DNA of 64,000 nt, from the NCBI GenBank assembly GCA_047495785.1, contig JBLDXI010000032.1:248001-312000 (forward strand), read 5' to 3'. The first letter of the stretch is position 1. Every line of letters starts with the position of its first letter. This stretch comes from Lepidodermella squamata (Eukaryota; Animalia; Gastrotricha). The position numbers were made by a program, and so were the translations under genes. A model generated the notes under the pieces. That model was given only the letters and a program-made list of their open reading frames with translations. It did not search any database and had not been told where the DNA came from. Positions 1 through 12,627 of the stretch are shown here, in pieces.

Positions 1-1972
1 TCGCGAGTTCGTGGTAAAATTAAAACCTTCGAGAAGCAACTGGTGGAGGTGGATAGCGGCTGGCGAGACGCGTCTTACGTTGAGACAAGCGCCGTGCGTT
101 TGAATAGATGTTGCAATATGTTGAACTGGACGTCGATAATCGACAGTTTTGCTAAAAATGTCGGCTATAACGAGATGCGAATTCAGATTTTCTACACTAC
201 ATCTACGTTTTGTTCGTATTTGACGAGGCTGTGCAAATTTATGGAAAATCAAATGAGCACAAAACAGGTGAGTGGAAAAACAATAATAATTAAATTAAAT
301 TAACTATTATTTTTTTTATTTTTTAACTTCTTAAACTTTTTAAAATTTGAACCGAAATACCAAGATCAACCGTATCAAGACAATTTTGAGAAAAAGTTTG
401 AAATTAAAATTGAAATTCTAATTTCATGATAAAGGAATGATTTTTGGTTTCTATTTCAAAGTTCTCAAAAGAAAATCTAGCACCAATTTTGGCTGGATGG
501 GTCTAAAATTTCAATATTCCTACTTCAAAATTGATGCACCCAATTACCCTTGGATTTTGTATTACCTAGTATGCCCTCAATTATGTAGGTAGGCACAATT
601 TCAATGTTAATTTCTATAAGTCGGGTGACATCGAAAAAATCACTGATTTTTGGAATCGATACTCGATACGGTAAATCGATATCGGCTCAGCCATCAATCG
701 GTTGGGCAAGATACCCAATAAAAAGTTTAGATTCCAAAGTTAACTTCAACGTTCAGCTCGGGAAACCATTTATTTGGGGAAATTGAGTGCTGGAACCCCA
801 TTGGAACCCCGAATTTAGCGCGCCCAACTTAGGTTATTAGGCGCCATAATATTATGATGATATTTTTTATTTTTTTTCCCCAGGGACGTGATATTCTTGA
901 AGACTACCTCATCACAAAAGCTTTCCTACCTTACGTCGATATAATCAACCAAACCGATGCCCCGAATATCACAGCTGAGCTGCAACAAGCCTGTCTCACC
1001 GAAACCGCTACCTCCCTCCCATTCGCAGTAGCCTCAATCTACCGAAAACACCTATTCGACGGCTGGCAAAATATAGACGAACTGCGGCAAATCGCGTCAG
1101 AAATCATCACAAGCTATTCGACAGCAGTATCCGACTCGCCGCTATTGTCGCCTGGGTCAAAGTCTGAAATTAGGTCAATTTTGGACAAAACCGCATTTCG
1201 CGTCGGTCCGCCTAATTGGGCGCTCAATCAAACGCAACTAAACCAATTTTACCAACCGTTTAATTTCGTTACTAATGCTAGTTATTTTACTAACAAACTT
1301 CAAGTTCGAGCATTTAATTTTCGCCAACATTTACGGGCCGTTTTCTCGGGCAGTCGGAACTTCGAACTAGGCACCATGTGCCCGTTAGACGTTGCCGTTG
1401 CGATGTTTAACCCGACTAATACGGTGGTCTTTCAATACCCGGCAGCTCAGAGGCCGAATTTCGACCCTGAATATCTGGACGCTGTTAGGTTCGGCAATGT
1501 CGCGACAGCTATTGCGCACGAACTTGGCCACATTTTAGCGCGATTTCTCGACCGAAATTCGCCGTTCTACATCCGCGACGACCCTCGATTACTCTACCAG
1601 CACAAGTCTTGCATAGTCGATTTCTACTCATCCCTCGCAGGGTCGTATAAAATCGATAGAAATTTCGCGCAGGGGACATATCTGCAGGACATTGCCGATG
1701 TTGTAGGCCTCCAGGTGGCCTATCGTTGGTACCAGCGGCGGCGGAATCGGGATAACCAGTTTGATAGGTTGTTTTTCATTGCCCAGGCGCAGGGCTATTG
1801 TTCGGCTATGGCGCCTGGTATAACCTGGGCGGATTTAGCGGCTTCAGAACCGACTTACAGCCCAGCTCCACTTCGAGTTAGAGGAGCGGTTATGAATAAT
1901 AAAGACTTTGCGGCGGCTTTCGAGTGCCGGCCAACGAGAAAATTTTGTTCGATTTTAAACAATTACCAATAA
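1..1972 (+). CDS. Neprilysin/M13 family peptidase-like protein, 5'-partial (exons <1-267, 884-1972)
   Basis: Frame 1 is open from base 1 (KTFEKQLVEV..) to a GTGAGT donor at 268; TTTCCCCAG acceptor ends at 883, phase 0. HELGH (HExxH), FG..ATAIAHE, QDIADVVGL, LFFIAQAQ.YC and SP..LRV.G..N.KDFA.AF.C are M13 C-terminal motifs. AATAAA overlaps the stop codon. Confidence 0.9.
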
Positions 1973-2283
1973 AAGGTGTCATTTTTACTATTTTTGTCCG
2001 ATTTTTTTCAATATTGATTATTTTTTTTCATTTTTGAATTCTGATTAGACCCTGGCCAAGATTCTGATCTTGTCTGATGTTGTTCTGCCTATTTCGCTGT
2101 TTGATAATTCCCATGTCTATGCGTGGGCGAGACTCAGAAAAACATGGCCGCGTACCTTTACATTTTAGTCAACTCATTAGGGCAATTTTCGTTAATTCCA
2201 TAGCGAAATAATTAGCAGCGTGCAACAAGAGGATTTTAGACAATATTTTCCTTCATTCCACAGTTTTCGTGTTGGAAAATAAC

Positions 2284-3997
2284 ATGGCTATAATAACCGA
2301 GTTTTGCCGATTTTTAGCTGTTTTTGCCCTGCTGACATGTATCATCGAGGGGCAATTAAAAAAGGTGCGCACCCTGAAATAAAATTGCCATAATTTTATC
2401 ATTTAATTATAGACTAGCGATGGAGGGTTTCAGTGTTCGGACGGGATGATACTTCAGCCGAGCGACCTTTGCGATCGCTACAAAGACTGCCCCGACGGCG
2501 CTGATGAGCTTAATTGCTCAAATGCAGGTCAGTGCGATGAGAGGTCACAGCAATAAAACAGCGTTTAACCTACTTTTTTTGTAACCAACATTAGCGTGCA
2601 CGCCTTATGAATTTTTGTGCAATAAAGACGGCTCCTGTATCTACAAGGAATCCGTTTGCGATGGAGAAGTCGATTGCGAGGATGGATCGGACGAGCTTAA
2701 CTGCTGTGATACTGCTACACGGTTCAAGTGCTCTGACGGCAAATGTCTCGACGCGAGCCAGCGATGCGATGGGATGAAGCAGTGCTCGGATGACGAAGAG
2801 AACTGCCCGTGTCTCACGTTCAAATGTGTCAGCAGTGGAAAATGCCTGGCTGATTGGGGTCTAACTTGTAATGGCGAGAAAGACTGTGACGATGGGTCGG
2901 ACGAAAGCAACTGTTCGGTAAAATTAATTAAAATATTACTCTGTTAACAAAAATAATTACGCTTTTTCAGAAATGTCCAGAGGACCGGTCATTCCTATGC
3001 AAAGGCTCGTCGAAATGCATCAGCGCAAGGTTCGTTTTCTCTTAAAAATAAATTCGAATTCAAAATTTAAATTTAAAGTTTTATCATTTAAATAGCAGTA
3101 TAATTGAATTCAAATTTCAAAGTTCAAAAAATAGCGTAAAATAAATTGCTGACCAACAAATCTAATAAGTGAGTCTTTAATTCAGTAAACAGTGCGATGG
3201 ATCAGAAGATTGCCCATCAGGACAAGACGAAGTAGGCTGCCTGACTTGCAGCGGCCTTGATGATAGAACTTTCAATTGCCCGAATACAACGATATGCATT
3301 AGCGCTACTGACCATCGATGTGACGGCTCCGAAGACTGCGAGGATGGTGCCGATGAGAAGAACTGCCTGGACGTAACCTGCGAGGAAGGTCATTTCCGCT
3401 GCAGTGACGGTGTTTACCTTCCGAAGAACTGGGTTTGCGACGGTGAGCAAGATTGTTCTGACGATGAATTTCAAGACTGCCCGTGCGGTTCCGGTGGAGT
3501 TAAATGCCCTGACGGGGCGTGTATCAGTTCCCCTATGGTATGCGACGGTGAGAAGGACTGCGATGATGGCTGGGATGAGTCGACCTGCTCGAAATGCCCC
3601 GCCGATCGAGCTTTCAAGTGCTCGAACAGTACAAAATGCATTCCAGAAACGTGATTTAATTGAAGATTTTCAATTAACTATACTAATTATTAAGTAATCA
3701 AATAGATACACATGCGATGGGTATTTCGTAAGTTGAAAGATATGTAATTAACCAATTTTCTGTTTTTTTAATTTAAAGGATTGCGGTGAAGATGATAAAT
3801 CCGATGAAATTTGCCGGCCTTGTACTGCTTTTGAATATAAATGTCTTGCCGGGAATTGCATCCCGACTGAGAAGGTGTGTGATGGCAGCGAAGACTGTCG
3901 ACATGGAGATGAGGAACAAAATTGCACCGCTTGCAAAAGACAGGCCAAATTCTGCCCGAGGTTGCAGCAATGCGTTACGTCCGACGCCATGTGTTAA
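2284..3997 (+). CDS. Secreted LDL-receptor class A repeat protein, copy 1 (~10 LDLa repeats; exons 2284-2364, 2413-2527, 2595-2917, 2971-3029, 3186-3650, 3706-3727, 3779-3997)
   Basis: Signal peptide [23 protein letters not shown]; repeated C..F.C..G.C....CDG..DC.DGSDE.NC units; splice phases compatible; no TM segment before TAA at 3995-3997. Confidence 0.88.
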
Positions 3998-4292
3998 CAA
4001 AATGAAAAACTTCATTTATCAATTTAATTACTGTGAATTTTTGGGATAAACCTTTTCCGCGTTACTCGCCGAAAATAAAATAAAATTTTGTTTGAAGCGT
4101 TATTAAAGCGTGGGCGAGACTCAGAAAAACATGGTTGCAAAAAACTGATTATTACGTGCCTTTACATTTTTAGACAACTCATTTTTTGACTAATTTCGTG
4201 CAAATTCCACAACGAAATAATTGGCAACGTGCAACGAGAGGCTTTTAGATAATATTTTCCTTCATTCCACATTTTTCGTGTTGGAAAATAAC

Positions 4293-6593
4293 ATGGCTGT
4301 AATGACCGAGTTTTGCCGCTTGTTAGCTGCTGTTGCCCTGCTATCAAGTATCGTCGAGGGGCAATTGAAAAAGGTGCGCACCCTGAAATAAAATTGCTAT
4401 TTTATCATTTAATTACAGACCAGCGATGGCGGGTTTCAGTGTTCGGACGGGAAGAAAATTCAGCCGAGTGACCGTTGCGATGGTTACAACGACTGCCCGG
4501 ACTCAGCTGACGAGATGAACTGCGAATGCAGGGATGACTCTTTCAAATGCGCAAATACCATCTGCAAAAGCAAAGAGTTCGATTGATTCGGGATAATAGA
4601 TCCGTTAAATTTGTTTGTCTATATTAGTTTCCGCTGTGACGGTAAAGATGATTGCGGGGATAATAGCGACGAGTTGAATTGCCCGCCCTGCCGCGTTGAC
4701 CAGATGCGTTGCTCGAATACGAAGTGTGTCAATTTGACCCAGCGCTGTAACGGAAATGACGACTGCCCCGACGGCGCTGATGAGTTTAATTGCCCTAAAG
4801 CAGGTCAGTGCGATGATAGGTCACAGCAATAAAATGGCTTCTAACCTACTTTTTTCGTAACCAACAGCATGCACGTCCGATGAATTTTTGTGTAAAGACG
4901 GCTCCTGTATTAACAAGGATTACGTTTGCGATGCAGATGACGATTGCGATGATGGATCGGACGAACAGAACTGCTCGAATACGCCCTGTGATAGTGCTAC
5001 ACGGTTCAAGTGCTCGGACGGCAAATGTCTCGACGAGAGCCGGCGATGCGATGGAATGAAGCATTGCTCGGATGACGAAGAAAACTGCCCCTGCCTCACG
5101 TTCAAATGTGTCAGCAGTGGAATATGCCTGGGGGATTCGAGTCAAATTTGTAACGGCGAGAAAGACTGCGAAGACGGGTCAGACGAAAGCAACTGTTCGG
5201 TAAAATTAGTTGTCCATTAAGAACAAGTGAAAAGTGGGGTTTAGCGAGTTTTCCAGCGCAAATCTCAAACGTAATTTTTTGACTTGAAGAAGGAGGATTC
5301 TTGAGGATTCCAAGATATTCTCTTTTAAGGATTTTGAATTTTTAAATTTAATTATCCTTAAAAGTGTCGCTGAGAAGTCTTATCGATTTAAGATTACACA
5401 TAGAGACACTAGCCTGACTCCGCTTGACACTCTGTGGCGGATTAACAAGTGATGCAATACAAATTTAAAATTTAAAAATGAATAATAATATATAGGCCCG
5501 CTTTTTCAAAACTTGAAAGCCCATTTTCGTTCGACTTCTCGCTCATTGATCTTGAAACCGGCATCAGAATCTTACTATTATGTCAAAATTGTGCCGAACC
5601 CCACTTTGGTCAGATTTTTTCAACCGTCAGACAAAATATTCCTCTTATGATTTCGACATTTTCAGAATTGCCCGGAAGACCGTTCTTTCCAATGCAAAGG
5701 ATCATCGAAATGTATCAGTGAAGAGTTTGTCTTCAATTGCTGACCAAAAAATCGATCAAATGAGTCTTATTTTCATTCAGTTACCGTTGCGACGGAGAAA
5801 ATGATTGTCCATTAGGACAAGACGAAATAGGCTGTCTGACTTGCAGCGGCCTTGATGATAGAACTTTCAATTGCCCGAATACAACGCAATGCATTTATGC
5901 TGCTGATCGATGTGACGGCTCCGAAGACTGCGAGGATGGTGCCGATGAGAAGAACTGCCTGGAAGTAACCTGCCAGGAAGGTAATTTCCGCTGCAGTAAC
6001 GGTGTTTGCCTGCCAATGAACCGAGTTTGCGACGGCGAGAAAGATTGTCCGAACGATGAACTTCAAGACTGCTCGTGCGGTTCCGGTGAAGTTAAATGCC
6101 CTGCTGACGGGGTGTGTATTAGTTCCTCTACGATATGCGACGGTGACAAAGACTGCGATGATGGCTGGGATGAGTCAACCTGCTCGAAATGCCCCGCCGA
6201 TCGAGCTTTCAAGTGCTCGAACAGTACAAAATGCATTCCAGAAAGGTGAGTTTTTAAAGACTTCATGTTGATTAAACTATATTCGATTGATCGAATAGAT
6301 ACAAATGCGACGGTGATTTCGTAAGTTGAAAACAACAGTAATTTTCCCTTTTGTTATTTTTTAATTTAAAGGATTGCGGAGAAGATGATAAATCCGATGA
6401 AATTTGCCGGCCTTGCACTGCTTTTGAATATAAATGTCTTGCCGGGAATTGCATCCCGACTGAGAAGGTGTGTGATGGCAGCGAAGACTGTCGACATGGA
6501 GATGAGGAACAAAATTGCACCGCTTGCAAAGGACAAGCCAAATACTGCCCAAGATTTCAGCAATGCGTTTCGTCCGACTCGGCATTGTGTTGA
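4293..6593 (+). CDS. Secreted LDL-receptor class A repeat protein, copy 2 (~12 LDLa repeats; exons 4293-4373, 4419-4576, 4628-4803, 4868-5199, 5666-5724, 5781-6245, 6299-6320, 6372-6593)
   Basis: Signal peptide [23 protein letters not shown]; LDLa repeats in ORFs 4611, 4888, 6016 and 6351; exon structure matches copy 1, including the 22-nt microexon. Confidence 0.88.
5210..5635. mobile_element. ~420-bp insertion in an intron of LDLa copy 2 (probable non-autonomous DNA element)
   Basis: Absent from the homologous 53-nt intron of copy 1; ends TTGTC...GACAA; subterminal inverted match AAAGTGGGGTT / AACCCCACTTT. Confidence 0.55.
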
Positions 6594-6639
6594 ATCAATT
6601 TATGACCATTTTTTATTGATTTAATTAATGTATATTTTA

Positions 6640-6824
6640 GTTCTATACTTATACCAATTGAGAAAATGAAAATTGAGCGACGAAATAAGAGCAAACGAAT
6701 TTAGAGCAAAACGACACAAGAGCAAATTTAATAACTAATTTTACTATAATTAATTAGTTATGCTCTAAATTCGTTTGCTCTATGTTCGTTGCTTAATTTT
6801 ACGTTTGCTCAATTAGCATAGAAC
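6640..6824. mobile_element. Small MITE-like inverted repeat with AGAGCAAA subrepeats
   Basis: Left arm GTTCTAT..CAATTGAG..AGAGCAAACGAATTTAGAGCA is mirrored by TGCTCTAAATTCGTTTGCTCT..CTCAATT..ATAGAAC. Confidence 0.7.
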
Positions 6825-7155
6825 CACTTTTTTGGGATAGGCCTTTAAATAAAATTGGAAAATAAATTAAAATTAAAATAAAATTAAAATAATGCATAAT
6901 TAAAATAAGAAAAATAAAATTTAATTTGATTTTTTAATGAAAAACGCATTTTTAGCGAACCACTTTCATACAACAGTAAATCTGAGATTTTTCAGTACAT
7001 ATTATCTCTATTCATTCATGGTTGCTAAAGGAGACAATATCTGCCCATTCACACAGGCGGGTGGTTTTCACATAACGAAGCGTGAAAAGCAGACCTCAGT
7101 CGAAATGTGCTAATTTTCAATTATTTTCTACATTCCTTTGTCGATTTTTTTTGAA

Positions 7156-10100
7156 ATGGCGCCCAAAGTTGCGCGACGCAATTTGGAGGGAAAATTGACC
7201 AATAAGGAGACAACGCCGCGGCAGAGGAATAACAAGGAACAAAACGCGCCGAAGCAACAGAAAAATCGGAAGCAAAGTACTGATCCGAAGCAGGAGAAGC
7301 CGGTCAAAGATCAGAAGAAGAATAAAGTCTCCCCGGAGAAGAAAGGAAAGCCACAACCTCTTACCAAACCTGCTGGGAAAGAGGCACCTCAAACGGGTCG
7401 AATTTCTAAAAAACAAGCTAAATCTAATTCAAAGGAAGCAACCCCTAAAGGAACAGTAAGAATTGTTTCCTGAATTTTATTTTTTATTTTTTATCTATTT
7501 TTAGCCTAGAGGCGAAGCGAAAAATATCAAAGAATGGGATATCGGCAAAATCAAGCCCAACGCCGTCGTATTTATGAGCTACGCCCGTAATTTAGGTCCA
7601 TTTTTAACAGACGAACTGCGAAAACTTGCCGAATTTCTCCGCCAATACCCGTTTAGAACGGTTTGGTTTACTACCGATGACCACGAGAGAAATTCCGATG
7701 AGCACTTAGAGGCCCTTACCGAGGCTGATTTATTCGTAGCCTGCCTAACGCAAGCGTATGCTTCCGATCGAAGTTGCATGCGCGAGTTTAAGCTGGCGAT
7801 CGAGAAGCAGAAACACGTGTTCCCGCTGAATTTAGAGGGCGAGCATTTTGTGCTGCCCAAGGCGGTTAAAGCTAGGCTCAACGAGCAGAATAGTTGGCCG
7901 TCTTTCGACTATTCGGCTGGCTTTGACGCGGCACATGCGGCGGCGATTTATGAGGTCATTTGCAAGCAAATTGCCGAGGTCACCCTATCGCAGTCGAAAA
8001 AATTGAAAAGCCAAGGAGGCTTGTACGAGTAAGTTGCGTTTTAGAAAAGCTGGAAAAAATTGGGGAGCTAGAATTTGAATACCCCATATTTTTACTACTT
8101 ACGGTTACCGAGAAATACCAGTGTCAAGTTGGTCACGTGACCTTACCTGGTGTCACACTGGTGTCACCTGGGCGGTTATCTCGAGAACGGTGATAGCTAG
8201 GAAGCCGCTCTCAAAGAAAAAGGTCATAGGTGATACTTCGTGCAAAATCGATTTTGATGACACTTCAGTGTAGTTTGGTGACAGTCCCAAAAAGGGTTCC
8301 TAGCTTACGCCATGCCGACGAGACACTGGTCATTTATCCGTTTCACAAAATTTATACGATTTCCCAGGGCGGAGAAATGCCTTTTAGGCACCCTGGGGTT
8401 GAATTCGCCCTAGAGGATTTTTTAAATTGGTCGAAAAAGCTACCATTGGGCTCTTTTTAATCATTTTTAATCCAATTTTTTCATTTTATTATTCAATTTT
8501 AAATTTTGATTAATATTGGCTAATTTTTTTTTATATTTTACAGGTTAGCATCATCTAGCGTTCCTATGTTCGCCGTAAAATACTACGAAAGGTCCGAAGC
8601 TCAAACCGCCCTGTTGAATCTACTCCGAAAAGTTGCTCAACGCCCCTCCCTCGACGGCGTCATGCTCGTGTACGGCGAGGCCGGCGTCGGCAAATCAACC
8701 ACCGTCGGCCATTTATTCGACGACGAAGACTCGCGGCGCACGCTCGTCGACGAATTCCGAATCCACGTGGTGCTCTACGTCAACTGCATCGCCTGGCCGG
8801 GCGAGATGACGTCACACTTCGACGACGCCGCTAAAATTACCTTCACCGAAAAAATCACGCAAATCGCTCGAATCGAGGCGCAACAAACTTTCGACTCAAT
8901 CAGTCAAGTCGTCGCTCATTTCGAGAAGACAAAAAAGCGAATTTTATTCGTACTCGATGATTTGTACAACCCGAATGTCGTTAGTTACGTGAAAAGTCAG
9001 GCGAAATCATCGATTTGTCTCGTTATAACTCGAGACCCTATTCCATTCGTTCAATCTAAGGTCGCGAGGAGTCAGCGGTTATTTAAATTGAAAGAAATGC
9101 CTCATCGAAGTTTAGTTGGCTTGTTAGAGGAAACTTACGGCCTACGTCGCAAAATCAGCCAGGAAACAATTCTCGAAATTGCGGAAAATTCTAGTAATTT
9201 ACCGATTTTAGCCGAAATTCTCGCAAATCACCACGAAGAGGAAAATTTCGATATGGAAAAAATGCTCGACACCAGTCTCTCGACATCTGGCGTCGAACCT
9301 GAAAAGGACCTTGTCATTAAATCATTGGCCGAATCGCTAGATTTAAGTTTAAATCAGTTGCTAAGCACAACTGATTGCTTAAATTATTTCGCGTTTCTAT
9401 TTTTCGACGCTGAAGAGGCGATTGAACTGCCTGAATTGGGCGTGTTATGGGGCGTCGATAATCAAAAGGCCGATGAAATGTGTTCGATCTACGAGAGGAA
9501 AGGCCTCCTGAGAAAAATCGAAAGTCTAGTCGAGGACACATCCGCCTTCCTGCCTCGTCTTATCGGCCGAAATGACACTGTCCCTCGCAAAAAATGGATT
9601 TATTTCGTCCACCGGGCGTTATGGGCTGTTGCCTACCGAAACGCGGCGTTGAAGGTTGGTCCGTTCCAGACCCAGATTCAGCACAGTAGCAGTGCGATAG
9701 CGTTGATTCAGTGCGGGTTAATGCCACGCACTGATGAACACGTTCGCGCGTTTTGCGTCAAGTGCCTGCGCGGTCACGCTTGGGCGCTTCTTGACCGGAC
9801 GCTCGCGAAACTGCAGCCGGATCTGCTCGGCGCGGTTCGCGAGGCGTTTCACAACGATGTCGAGGCGATTCGGAAGGTTTTTGCGAAGCAGACCGCCCTA
9901 TCTTGGGCGGCTAGTCACGGTCACGCTGAGACGGTGGTTTGGCTATCGAATAAGTGCCCGGATGCTGTTCGGCAGCCGGATGCTCAGGGCCGCACGCCGT
10001 TATTAGTCGCGGCGCAGAATGGCCATTATGAGGTTGTCAAGTTTCTGGCTGGGAAGTGGAGTGATGCGATTAAAACGAGGGATCGATTGGGGGAGACGCC

Positions 10101-12148
10101 GATTTTCGCAGCTGCGTCGAATGGCCATTTGCTAATTGTTAGGTATTTGGACTTCAAAATGCCGGAACTTGTCGAGGTACAGGATTGGCAGGGTCGAACT
10201 CCGCTTCATCAAGGTACCCGCATAATTTTATTCATCTTTACCCATTAAAAATGTTGAAAATCAAAATTAACTCAGCGAGATGCTTAATGCGTGAACCGAT
10301 ATCTTGAACTTGAAAAAATGGCTCTGAAATGTAAAAAAATAATTGAAATTTTAAATACTTGAAAAATTATTCTAAAATTGAATTTTGAAAATCAAAAAGT
10401 GAACGAATTAGTTATATTTCAAAAAAAATGGAAAAATTCATTATTTTTGAAATTTTTAGAAATTTGAATTTAATTGAAAATTAAAATTAATTAAAACTAA
10501 TTAATTAAAAAAATTTATCTGTGATAATTTTGTTGATAATAATTTTTTATTGCCTGTAACTTTACTTTTTGTCTCAATTTTTTAATGATTTTTTATGATA
10601 TTTCTCCTTTTTCAGCTTCCGCTAATGGGCAGTTGTCAACGGTCGAATTTCTATCTGAGCGAAGCCCGGATTGTTTACTCACCCGTGACCGGGCCGACCT
10701 AACCCCGCTGTCATGCGCCGTTCGTCACGGTCAAATCGACGTGGTGCGATATCTCATCAAAACCAGCCCCGGGGCTGTTCGAATGTCCGACAAATCGAAC
10801 CGAACCCCGTTATCATTCGCCGCAGAGACTGGTTCAATCGACCTGGTCAAACTCATCGACGAACACTGGCCTGAGGCGGTTAAAATCGAGGGTAAAGACG
10901 GCCAATCGCCGCTATCATGGGCTGCGGCGAATGGCCATCTCGAGGTTGTTAAACACCTTGCGAAAATGTGGCCGGATGCGTTGACTCGAACAGACAGATT
11001 CCGCCGGACACCTTTAGCCCACGCCTCAGTTCGCGAGTCTAGCCTAGATTTGGTTAAATACCTCTACGAAGCGTGGCCTGAGGCCGCCCGCATGCCGGAT
11101 AACCGCGGCGAGACGCCGATTTCACGCGCGGCTGCACACGGCCGGTTGACTGTCGTCAAATTCCTGGCCGAGCGTTGCCCCGAGTCGTACAAAATCGTCG
11201 ACGTTCACGGTCGAATAGCCCTGCACCACGCGTGTCGACACGGCAAGTTGGAGACGGCGAAATTTTTAGCCAGAAAATGGCCGGGTGCTCTGATTTTCGG
11301 CGACATTGACGGCAAAAATCCGATCGCCTGGGCGGCGCAGTACGGCCGGGCTGAGATTTTGAAGTTCTTCTCCGCGAAATGGCCGGAATTGGTGAAGGCC
11401 GGCCAGGTGGCGGATGTGAAGGGGCGAACACCGCTGTCACACGCGGCGGCTAATGGGCATTTCGATGCGGTTAAATGGCTCGGGGATAAGCTTACTTCAG
11501 AGGCGTTTGAGGCCGTTGACAGCGAAGGATTGACGGCTCTAGCGATTGCGGCTTATAATGGGTTCGTTTTTCTATAAAATTTATCTCGGTTTTAAAAATC
11601 GGTTGTAGTTCAATTTTTCAAAAATTAAACTTATTACGAAGGGCATTTCCAACCTTGATCACGATTTCACTGGAAAAAAATTGAAATTTACCGCAGAGAA
11701 CCCGGAAAAACCCGATGGTAACTGGTTTGGTAATTTTCGGTATTTTACCCGGTTTGACGAAATTTCTCCGAATTTTTTTATTCATGTTGTCAAGTTCCAT
11801 TCCGATGGTATTTAAATTTTTCTGGTCATGATCGGCTTTCATTTTAGACTTCCTAATTTTTTATCCGTGTGTTTCCGTTGGTGCGTTACTTATGGGACAT
11901 ACTTATGGCTTTAATTATTCAGGAATTATTCAGGAAAGAGGAAAGGGGGTTCTCATTCATAATTTTTCAAATTGAATTTTTTTTATTTCAGACACCTTGA
12001 TGTCGTACGATACCTGGCGAGGCGGTGCCCTTTGACTGTCGAACTTTCAGACTCAAAAGGTCGGACTCCTCTCGCGTGGGCAATCAAGCGTGACCAAACA
12101 GCCGTCGCTAACTTCCTTCGAGATCACTATCCACCTAAACGGCATTGA
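7156..12148 (+). CDS. TIR - NB-ARC/STAND NTPase - ankyrin repeat (14x) NLR-like protein, ~1198 aa (exons 7156-7455, 7505-8028, 8544-10213, 10616-11561, 11992-12148)
   Basis: Lys-rich N-terminus; TIR box VFMSYA and AYASDRSCMREF; Walker A GEAGVGKST, Walker B ILFVLDD, CLVITRD, GLPL-like NLPILA; 14 TPL..AA..GH ankyrin units. All four introns are GT-AG and phase-compatible (3597 nt total). AATAAA at ~12179. Confidence 0.9.
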
Positions 12149-12627
12149 TTTTAACTATATTTTTCTATGTCATTGCATAATAAAGCTGAAATATCCGGAA
12201 CAATTCAGATTTTCTATTAAAAAATGGAATCCTTCTTAATATTTAATACTCTTAAATATAATATACCTATTTATTCATATACCTATTAATCGCGCCAAAG
12301 GTACATTCATCATTCATCTGCATGTTAGGTATTCGAAAGTCTATACGAACGAGCAAGTCTGGTGAAGCGTCGTTAAATTTATTACGCATAGATTATTCCT
12401 ATTTACGACCCACTTTTTCGACGAAAAAATGCAAATGCACCATCATAAAAACGACGAGGGAGACATGACCCAAATTAAGCTGGATGAGCCGGAAATAATA
12501 ATAATTATATAAAAATATGAGGTAACATCTGTTGCGACGCGATTTTTCCTGGTAAAACCTGCGCCCGCGTTTTGCATTATTTTTTCCTTTCCTCGTGCTG
12601 TGAAACCTGAGCAAAATAGCAAAAAAT

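Larger units (their letters stand above)
2121..6593 (+). repeat. Tandem gene duplication (unit 1 ~2121-3997, unit 2 ~4109-6593) including upstream region
   Basis: GCGTGGGCGAGACTCAGAAAAACATGG at 2121 and 4109; near-identical exons and introns thereafter. Confidence 0.92.
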
